In this document: in pieces, positions 8,568 to 17,128 of the stretch
Numbering within the stretch: the first letter of the stretch is position 1
Layout of the letters: each line of letters begins with the position of its first letter
Source: Paraspadella gotoi
Lineage: Eukaryota; Animalia; Chaetognatha
Direction: 5' to 3'
Assembly: GCA_051294375.1 (NCBI GenBank)
Contig: JBJCIZ010000389.1
Coordinates: 1 to 17,128 of the forward strand
DNA length: 17,128 nucleotides
Made by a program: the position numbers and the translations under genes
Notes under the pieces: model-generated
The model's input: only the letters and a program-made list of their open reading frames with translations
Database searches by the model: none
What the model was told of the DNA's origin: nothing

Positions 8568-10269
8568 GGAGTTCGAGCACCCCACTTCTCCCAAGAACAA
8601 GTAAGAAAGTCAAGCAGCCGTTAACAATCAGACCGACCCACCGGCCCAACGGCCTCCTTCAAAGAAAGCATGGATTCCCCTAGCACCGGATGCAACAACT
8701 ATCGCCCCCAAGGCGCCAAGCGACGGCTGGACAGAAAGGGGCGCGAAGCCAGCCACAGGCACGCGCACAAATTGGAAGACGGTAGCAGCCACCCGCAGAG
8801 GATCTCGACTACCGTCCATACGTTCGAATCACGGGAGTCTCTCGCTTAGAGCAATGCCAATTGGGACGAATCACGCTGGAAGTACACGCCAAAATCCTTA
8901 CCGCTAATTAAACAGGTGCGCAATTTTAAAAAATGACCAGAACTACGGCGTCACGAATGAATAAAAGATTCGACGGCAATCCGCAGACGAAGCCGCAACA
9001 AAAATGGATGAAATTCATCAAATGATTTGATATCTATTTGATGTCTCCGCGCAAGACGGGCCGTGACCGTCAACACACGACTGAACGCATCTAGCTCCAG
9101 ACTCCAATCGCCACCATCTAACCTCTTACCCCAGCCGGCCCGCCCTCGCCGCCGCGCTTGTCAGCTCCGGTCAACCCAAACTTGGGCCTTTTTACCAGCC
9201 CAACTCTAGGTAAAAGGCTTTCAAATCACCAGAAGAATCCCCCTCGCGAAAGCGGAAGAAGCGACCTTCCGCCGTCATATTACGCCCGTCGAGCAGCCCA
9301 TCAAACTGGAAACAAAGTAGGAGGAGCGACGGAATCTCCGGAGATTTTCTTCGTAGCTTCTACGAGGCCTTCAAGGACTCCCCTTCGCACCGGGAACACA
9401 GGCCGTTGACCCAGCAACTTTCGGGCGCCTCCTGCGCGAGACGAAACAGTCGCGAACAGGTCTGGAACCCATCAACCAATCCATGTGGTTGGGGACTTGC
9501 GCGCATTGTGCGAGGCTCCTCGGGTCAGCATCGCGGAGGCTCTCTCGAGCGCGCTCGTTGCCGAAGCAAAGATCGAGTGTGGACCCGCACGGTCCATGCC
9601 AAATAGCGTCTCCGGCCCTCGTCAATTGCCGCGAAAGAAAATTGAGCTGCCGTAAGAGAAAAGGACAGGCATCTTCAATACCGACTACTGTTGCCCAGAA
9701 TTGCTGGTGAAGCATGGACCCCTATGACCAGCAGATAACGTCGGAGGACGCTAAGGAATGGACCCAAATGCCTTTAGAGAGGGCTGAAAACCGGGCCGTC
9801 TCGGCCCAAAGCAATTGATATATAATTGCGGGGATATTTCAGAAGCAAGAACGGCCGACACACTCCATCAGAAAAAATCTCGTAAGGACCGTGTCCGATG
9901 ACGACAAAGAAGAAAGGCTCATCAATGGCGCTCGTCCAGAAAAAAAGAGAAAAAAGAAAGGGGGTGGGCCCCAACGGATAAAGACGCCGAGTAGCAGTGC
10001 ACGGCTTGTTACCAAGGAACTGTTCCTTCAGGAAATGAACAACATGAATGAAAAAGATAAAGGAACTAAGGGACTTAGACACCGCGCACGGCGTGCGTCC
10101 CAACCAACGGGATCGCCAACCCTGCGATCGCCCTTCGCTATGACGCGCGATCGCCGTCAGCCCCAGCCGTAACTACGAAAGGAGATTCGAACAAAAGCCG
10201 CGACTTTTGGAAAAACGAAAGGAAAGTTAGGATGGCGCGACGAAAAAAAGAGGAAGAAAGTCTCCACAC

Positions 10270-11050
10270 TTTTGGAAAGAGAACGGGATATCGTTGATGC
10301 TAACTATGAGTTAATTACCGGACTTCCGCTGATGACTTTTATGTAAAATAAAGATAGATTCTTATCGATATCCTGCGGTTGTGAATTAAAAAAACCAAGG
10401 AGTAGTAGAAAGATAAGATAAGCACAGACCAAATTTCTAAAGATCTTATAAAAACCTTTGGAGAAAAGGTGATGAGAGAGGACACACAGCGAGGAAGGAG
10501 AAGATAGAAACAAGTCAAAGAATTAGCAATACGGCAACAGATTGAGAGGCAAAATTCAAACTGCGTTCTAGGATGTATAAAATACTTAAACCCCCTGGTG
10601 GGCAGAGAGATCGCCCTCGCCAACAAATTTTCCATAAACTTGGGCTGAGCCGGATTGGAGTAAAGCTGACCAAGCAGGAAAAGGGCGATCATTAAAAAGA
10701 TCGAAAAACCTGTGCTAAATTATTTATGCGAAAAGCCATCCGCGACCAACCCATCCAGGAAATCGTCAGAGCCCAAAAATCCTAGTGGAACAAAACCAAC
10801 AATCCAGCAAAGGCAAAAAGTAGGCCAAACCCGACGAAGCCGGACAGGGTAAGCCTTCCCTAAAAAGGAAGCTCCGCGCCAGCAGGGCGATAAAAAACAA
10901 TCCTTACTTACGAAATCATTGCTTGGAGAACAAATGGCGAATCTACTCCACCAGGCGAACCATCAGGCGAGTGTAATTAGATGCCACCAGCCGCTGACAC
11001 ATTTTTGTCACCTCAACCAATACCCCGACACTTACCAAAATGAAGGAGAT
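10270..11050 (+). pseudogene. gag: gag-like region with a degenerate CCHC zinc knuckle; start uncertain
   Basis: A-rich coding-like sequence upstream of the protease. tgtaat(t)agatgccaccagccgctg(a)cac from 10972 reads C-N-R-C-H-Q-P-x-H after removing two single inserted bases. Confidence 0.5.
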
Positions 11051-11184
11051 TGCAATTCTTACCCCGAAAAAACTAACAAGAGCATCATTAAAGGAAAAAA
11101 GTGGACCTGAGGCGCCCAGAGACGGGACACCGCAAAAATATGTCACACAGGAAAAACAGCTACATTACCAGCGTAATCGCAGGC

Positions 11185-11445
11185 AAGCACCAGCAAGCTG
11201 CCTTATGATGACAGGGGCATCCGCTAAACACTGTCCCACGAACAGTCAAAAATCGAAAAAAATGGCCTCTTTGTCGAAACCACATTTACCACTGGAACCC
11301 CTCTCAGGCTGTCAACAGCCACTGGGAACCATCACTCTCACCGAAGAGAATAAACTAAGAATCATGTTTCCAAAAATGATCCCTAAAAACGGTTTTATGT
11401 TCCCGCGGTACTGGAGATATTCAAGACATCATCATTAGGATACGG
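11185..11445 (+). pseudogene. pol: retroviral-type aspartic protease (A2-like), frameshifted
   Basis: ASCLMMTGASAKHC matches the LxDTGAS motif with the Asp codon garbled. gac atc atc (a) tta gga tac near 11425-11443 gives DIILGY, the DxILG motif, at the expected distance. Confidence 0.7.
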
Positions 11446-12479
11446 CAGTCACCCAACCCACGGGGCCTCCAGACCCAATTGTGGGTAGTACAACCATCTA
11501 AACCAAAGACACGACCCTCCAGGTCGCCGGTCCGATGCGGCGAACAAGCCCGCTAACCCACTCTGTTCCGAGACGAATACGAGGGCCTTGAAGGCTGCCC
11601 AGATGGTTGGCTTCCTGGTGAAAACGTGGATGAACACACAATTGGGTAGCCGATTCACGCCGAAAAACGCGGAAGGGAAGGATGCATACTAAACCTCCAC
11701 TAAACCATATTGGGAAAACCCTGCCAGTTACCAGGTGGTAATCGAGTCCCAGTGATGCGAGAGGAAGCACACGTCGCAGACGGGGGACCAACTGAGAGAG
11801 GAGTTGAATTTGACGCCATCCAGGACCCTGGGCACGGCCCAAGGACTCTAATAACCAATCAGGCAAGATCCGAACTAGGACTGCAGGATCCACAGCGGCC
11901 CGAACAGTACAGGCGGACCTTAACAGGAAAGAAACCCGTACTCAGGAAGGTGAGAAAGAGACCATATCCTCGCGCCACGCACGAGTAGGTTCATCACAAA
12001 CCAACGGGTAAGAAGATGATCAAAGCAGTCAGAAAAAGCCGCAGAAAAACAGGCCGCCAAAAACATGACGGCTCCGCGGAAAGGAAGCATTCCTAAAACC
12101 CCTTCAAAGACGTAGACCCGTCTCTCACAAGACAAGGGCTCACCTAGTCTGGAAATTGCTGTGGGAACTATCGCGACAGTTATTTGGGTCAAGATTACAA
12201 TAAATGATTGCAAGGGAAGGCTTCTTAAATTATAAAGTTGACCTCTGGGTTACACAATCCGAAGATTTACCCAAGCTAAAAAACCAATAAATTATAGAAA
12301 AAAGTATAAAGGAAAAAAAACTGCGAGATTCGCCAACCAAGGCCCAGTAAAAAGAGCCGCCTTTAAAAAGATATCTTCGAAGTACTATGGAAAAGGCCGC
12401 ATTCGTCTCTAGCACAAGAAACGAAGGCTTAATTCAAAACGCCTTCCCTCATAAAGAAGCCTTGGCCACCATTGCCGAG

Positions 12480-13100
12480 GACACAGAGCGGAAATGAATG
12501 GACGAAACCTGTTTTTTGCAAAACAATGGCGACTCATTTGCGATCCTCTCGTCCAGTCAAACAATAAACATTTGCGACATACGCCACGGAAACACAGACA
12601 ATCTCCTTCAATCCTGCAGCAATACAAAAGCCACATTGAACTGCAATGTGCCGTCGACATTTGGCATGTTTTCCACCAGGTCTAACCTGAGACCGATGCG
12701 CCGCAAACCCGTCACGACCTTTGCAGTGCGCAGCCACAACTGGTGGATGAATAAATACCAATGGGAGGCTTGACACAGCCCGTTAAATGTACTCCAGGCG
12801 ATCTGGGATGAAAATTTTATCCTACGACCTTGGCACCGACTGTGAAGAGCTCTTTAGCTTTTGTGGATGACCTCGATTACTCACAGCCAAGCTGACCCGA
12901 AGACGATGCACAGAGACTCAGAGATCTACTGCAGAGATGCGAGACGACAATACGTCGTCCTCAAATGGCACGAAGAGTGTCCTTCCTCAGGAAGGAAGAC
13001 ACTCAAGATACTGGCGTTCGAAGCATACTCAAAAGCAGGCCTCCTCCCACAAAAAAAAGAAAAGCTTCATAGCAGTCGAGTTAAAGCTTGAACTCTCAAA
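12480..13100 (+). pseudogene. pol: reverse transcriptase, frameshifted
   Basis: WRLICD (12527-12544), AVDIWHVFHQV (~12650-12682), PVTTFAV, PMG...SP (~12757-12782), LAFVDDL (FVDD at 12860-12871) and KAGL occur in canonical Gypsy RT order. Confidence 0.92.
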
Positions 13101-13339
13101 TAACGCAAAAGGAGCTAAGAGCAATGCTAGTTCCTTAAACTTACTACAGTATGCTTTTACGCAATCGATTTTCCATACATCAGCCCAACCCCTTCATGCC
13201 TAAGCCCGTACTCGACAAGAAAATTTCAAGCTCTTCTGACAAACACATCGAGAATGCTTCCAGACCCTTTGTTGACGAAGATCAGCTTGCCCAGGACTAA
13301 ACTTTTTAAATGATGCCAGAATCAGAAATGGTCATATCG

Positions 13340-13760
13340 AATTTACACGCGGACGCTTAGTACCAGCTGCATGGGCGGTAATCACCGCCACAAGCCGACG
13401 GAGTAACCGTCGAAATCCGGCCTCCATTTCACTCAAAAATCATTCCCCGAGGGCAAATACCGCGGGGGGGGGCAATTAAAGGCACGCTCATCAAAAAATG
13501 TAGCTTAGACAACCCTTGGGCCTTTAACATGATAGGTGCGAAGTTCAAGGGCCTACACGTGCTGGCAAGAAGGGTGACCGCTTAGTACCGATTCCCAATA
13601 CTTTTAAAAGAGTAATAGGATTTACAGCATGACTGAAACAAATGCTCCCAACAAACGTCTTAAGATGGATAACGGAAATCCTCCTGGCAAGAATGCCCTA
13701 ACCAAAGGAAATTATCTCCTGATTGAAAAAGCGAAGACAATCCGGCCCACTTCTTAACCT
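13340..13760 (+). pseudogene. pol: RNase H, frameshifted
   Basis: LHADA(S)TSCMGG, FHSKII, TDSQY, RWITE and EDNPAHFLT correspond to the Ty3 RNase H motifs TDAS..G, F.S..L, TD, RW and NxxADxLS. Confidence 0.85.
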
Positions 13761-15004
13761 ACGAATTACCTGAGCAAGGACAGCGGTCACAGCCCCTCGA
13801 ACACCCCATTTTTTCTCCCGCCTCGCTTCTCTGTTTGTCGACCCGGCGTTATGAACAGGATTTGCCGAAAAACCCAGCTACAAGATCACGTGAACCCCAG
13901 ATACATTCTAGCATTTTAATAACAGCTGCCATGCACCCACTCTTGCCTTGGATGGCCCAAACACTGTCGGGAGAAACAAAAGCCTTTCAGAACAAAAGTT
14001 TTTCGAATGTTGTCGATCAAAAAGAATTTGCATCAATCAAAACGAACATTAGAAAAGTTGTATGTGGAAACCCAAAGACGAAGGACCGCCTGACGCTTCG
14101 GTCAGAACAATATCTGCTGAAAGACTGGGATTTAGGCCATCCAGAACTGGTAAATGTTAGACCGCCGAATCAACTGACAGGTCCCCATCGCAATCACCAA
14201 TGATGGAAGAGGGACTCGACACGATGAGTGCCGGGTGTAAGTTTTGAAAGGACATTACGGGACCCGAGCCGGGACCATCGTCGAACGAATAAAACATATT
14301 TAGAACCCATAACTGGACAAGTCAGTCTCATCAGTTCGCGAAAATCCGCGAACACGCCTCTCCGTCCCAGCAAATGAGAACATCCAACAATCAGCGTTAG
14401 AGAATCTGAGAAAAGCCAGAAGCTGAGAGGAGACCAAAGAAAACAATAAAGATCGCCAGCCATCGCTGGGAGGCAGTTGCCCAAGGACTTTAGGTCCATG
14501 TCGAGATGCCAGAACCAAACGACGCAAGAACGCACCAACGCATTCACAAACAACTCAACAAGCCTGCAGTATGCAAACAATTTCAATCGAAATGGGGCCC
14601 GGCGCAAAGAGATGTTAATGATCGACGCCAATGGAGGCAGACGGTTCGCGCCTTCAGCCCAGAAATAGCAGAGGAAGCAGCGAATTCCTGACAAGATAGA
14701 AATAAAAAACTCACTGACATTTAGGCGACACACGTTAGACAATGGCAACAGGAAGACGAGGTATTCAAATCGTCATAAAGGCTTGCAACAAATTACATGA
14801 CCGGGACGCTAACGCGCACGAGAATGTTCTAAAGTGAAAAAATGCAAAAAAGAAAGACTTAACCGAAAAGTACCGTTACCAAACGTCCTCGCTGATCTTG
14901 AACATACTGAAAACCGGGAGTTCCTGATATTAGAAGGTTATTAAGCAGATAACCCAACCACAACCAGGTTCGTTTTTCCACCTAGTAGAATCGAAGAGAT
15001 AATA

Positions 15005-15700
15005 GAGAAAATACATCAACATTATGGACAGCCCCGGCGCCGACTTCGCACCGAGCATTATATCCAGCTCAATATGTCACAAGCACCAGGGTTATCGGCC
15101 GCCGCAGCAAGATGTGTAAGAAACTGTGCATAACCTGCGCAAAGCTTACTGATGCACAGAAGAAGCAATGAAACTCGTTCAGCTCCAAATTTAGCCATCA
15201 CTCCATGGGGAATACCTGCAGCATCATGTAATGCATTCTTCCCCCAGTAGCTTGGATTTAACTATGCCTAGTTGCATTCTGACTCAATTGCATTCTGCAT
15301 CACGTGGCTATTTCCCACTACGCCGCGCAGACGCTGAAACGATCGTTGAAAAGCACTAGATGAAAGGATCTTCCTCCAGCACGGACCTCTTATATGGAAG
15401 GTTAACTTTGATGGCGCACACAACTAAACGGAATAAGCATGACGCTCCATACTGGAACCTGCTCGACACAGTTGGCAGATGAGTCTTAGTTGGAGACGCC
15501 AAGGGACAGCTAATAGGGCAGGGAGCATGACATCGCAGAATACGTCAAGCCCTTCCGTAAGCTGTGAGGACCATTACCGAGAAAATGGCTGGATCACCTC
15601 CCTCGACTTAATGTTTGCTGCTGACACGCACGGGCCCATCATAGGCTGGAAGACAGAAATGTCTCCTCATGAGATTCCAGCTTGACATTAGGCGAGGATT
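15005..15700 (+). pseudogene. pol: integrase (HHCC zinc finger plus rve core), frameshifted
   Basis: IHQHYGQP (~15011), a C..C near 15127-15138, PW, RIFLQHGP (~15365), FDGA (15407-15418), ANR/E near 15510-15525, and LMFAADT...TEMSPHEI. Confidence 0.85.
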
Positions 15701-16349
15701 GTTGAAGCTCCGCCGGACGACTTCACAAAAGAAATTTCGTTGATTTCATCCGGAGGAGCCGACAGGCAAGAACACAGCTTCACCGGATTTAAGAGCATCA
15801 AAGAAGCCAACTTTACAAGCAGTCGTCAACGAGGAAACCATACAAAAGAACAGCGAGATAATTGCGGAGTACGGCATCGTCCCAGGACCCTGATTCGCAT
15901 CCCTGCGGATGGAGCCGGCGGTACGGTCACCTCACTGGCGGCGCACGTCACTTGGGGGTCCCGCTTTCTCAAATTAAATATTTGTAAATCGGTGTGCTCT
16001 GGATAATTTATGCTCGTGTCCACTTACGTAATTATCTGTTAATTTGCAATTTCGTTCGTGGATAAAAATTCGACGGATAATTTTTCCGAATCCGAATCTT
16101 TTTTATTATGAGTTTTTTTTTTTCGTGAGATATTGGAAAATGAAAATGAAAATTAAAGATAAAACTGGCAAAGGAAAATGGAAATTTTGTTTAAAAAAAT
16201 CAAGCTTCTAAACTTATTATGTTAGTAAATTTAACATTTATTTATATAGAACAATTGTTATTGGTTAGCCCTGTAAGCAGAGTTAGGTCAACACTTGGAC
16301 GCCATCGACTCAACGCCACGAGTCGCCCCCCTCCCGACTGGCCGTTCAC

Positions 16350-16456
16350 CTGATCCCCGCCTGGCGTCTCCTCGCCCGCTGACCACGCTTCCGGTGCCCG
16401 GCGATCCCGACCGGTTGTAGGGCGATCGTCCGCGTTCCGATGACATCAACGAGAAT
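16350..16456 (-). CDS. host gene exon, Ser/Arg/Gly-rich; product unknown
   Basis: Acceptor ttctcaaaag| and donor cag|gtgaac. It is in phase with the upstream exon (AG+A=Arg) and reads FSLMSSERGRSPYNRSGSPGTGSVVSGRGDARRGS. Confidence 0.65.
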
Positions 16457-16480
16457 CTTTTGAGAAGAATATGAGGGGGT

Positions 16481-16510
16481 GATTGATTGATTGATTGATT
16501 GAGTGATTGA
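16481..16510 (+). repeat. (GATT)n microsatellite in an intron
   Basis: gattgattgattgattgattgagtgattga. Confidence 0.9.
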
Positions 16511-16752
16511 TAGGTCGATGATTTGGTTGGAAGAAGAAATTAGTATAGGATTTTTGCAACATTTTTTCAACATTGGTAACTTTTTCTAATCTAATCAACG
16601 GAATGACATTTACATAAATAATGTTTATTAAACATTATAAACAGGATTCGCATCTTTGCCCCTCTCGCCTCTCTCCTCCTTTTCTCTCTCTCGACCCCCC
16701 CCCCACGGGCTCGTCGCCTCCCCCTCAATGCGACCCCATCAGTCCGCCCCAC

Positions 16753-16895
16753 CTCTCGTCGTCCTTGCCCGACGACTCTTTGTACTTGACGCCGTCGGTG
16801 AGCGAGAATTGGAAGCCGACATTCTGCGATCGGTGATAGGGTGGGATTTGCGGCAGCTGGAATTCCTCAGCCACTACCGCCTGATGGTTGAGGTC
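16753..16895 (-). CDS. host gene exon (143 nt); product unknown
   Basis: Polypyrimidine acceptor cccccccccctttgacag| and donor gag|gtgggg. The open frame DLNHQAVVAEEFQLPQIPPYHRSQNVGFQFSLTDGVKYKESSGKDDE(R) is phase-compatible with 16456-16350. Confidence 0.75.
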
Positions 16896-17128
16896 CTGTC
16901 AAAGGGGGGGGGTGGGGTGAACCACGTAGGGTGGATGAGCGGAGAGTTATACAGGGCATTCAGCAGGGCGTGTAAATATACAGGGTGGAAATCGGAAAGC
17001 GTGAAACGTAAAGCAAAACGAGAGTCTGTGTTGCGAAGGGGTCGTCGATCGAACTAAAGGGAGAAGGATGTGAATTCCTTAATGTCAAAAAGACGAGGGT
17101 TAAAGCTCCCGTTGCAAGTGGTAAGCTG

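Larger units (their letters stand above)
7830..15870 (+). mobile_element. Ty3/Gypsy (Metaviridae) LTR retrotransposon, frameshifted and apparently 3'-truncated
   Basis: Colinear plus-strand motifs occur in the order Gag zinc knuckle, PR, RT, RNase H, IN, which is the Gypsy/BEL order and not the Copia order. The RT and RNase H motifs are Gypsy-type. The outer boundaries are inferred (TGTTATG at 7830; no 3' LTR seen). Confidence 0.88.

Noticed and set aside
12860-12871. FVDD instead of YxDD as a novel RT active site
   Set aside because: Phe at this position is known in Ty3/Gypsy RTs and could also be a single-base error.
12480-13100. Retron, DGR, group II intron or other prokaryotic RT system
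   Set aside because: The RT is flanked by protease, Ty3-type RNase H and DDE integrase motifs in Gypsy order.
10304-14748. Minus-strand ORFs within the retrotransposon as antisense genes (e.g. 14194-14748, 11498-11893)
   Set aside because: They are the expected hydrophobic shadows of an A-rich plus-strand coding sequence and carry no recognisable motifs.
16621-17057. Plus-strand ORFs 16621-16836 and 16656-17057
   Set aside because: They overlap a better-supported minus-strand exon and consist partly of low-complexity C-rich intron sequence.
1-17128. Species assignment
   Set aside because: The repeat landscape and GC-rich exons suggest an invertebrate, but no diagnostic marker is present in the window.

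Overview
This is eukaryotic, probably invertebrate animal, genomic DNA rather than a prokaryotic locus. Indels are pervasive, so it is either an unpolished long-read sequence or old degraded DNA, and the supplied ORF track mostly shows fragments or spurious ORFs. Four layers are visible. (1) An intron-rich host gene, or genes, of unrecognised product on the minus strand. The two best exons (16895-16753 and 16456-16350) have canonical splice sites and join in frame; weaker candidate exons lie between about 385 and 5521. (2) A ~8 kb frameshifted Ty3/Gypsy LTR retrotransposon on the plus strand (~7830-15870) with domain order Gag-PR-RT-RNase H-IN, no visible 3' LTR, and an unusually long RNase H-integrase spacer that may hold an extra domain. 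(3) A ~750 bp TRIM-like miniature LTR element (5696-~6440) with two diverged LTRs, a tRNA-Ala-like PBS and a polypurine tract. (4) Many intronic repeats: a 25-bp minisatellite, several 380-500 bp fold-back (inverted-repeat) elements, a perfect 32-bp palindrome, a degenerate TTAGGG-rich segment with palindromic ends, and microsatellites. I found no CRISPR array, rRNA or tRNA gene. All alignments were made by eye.
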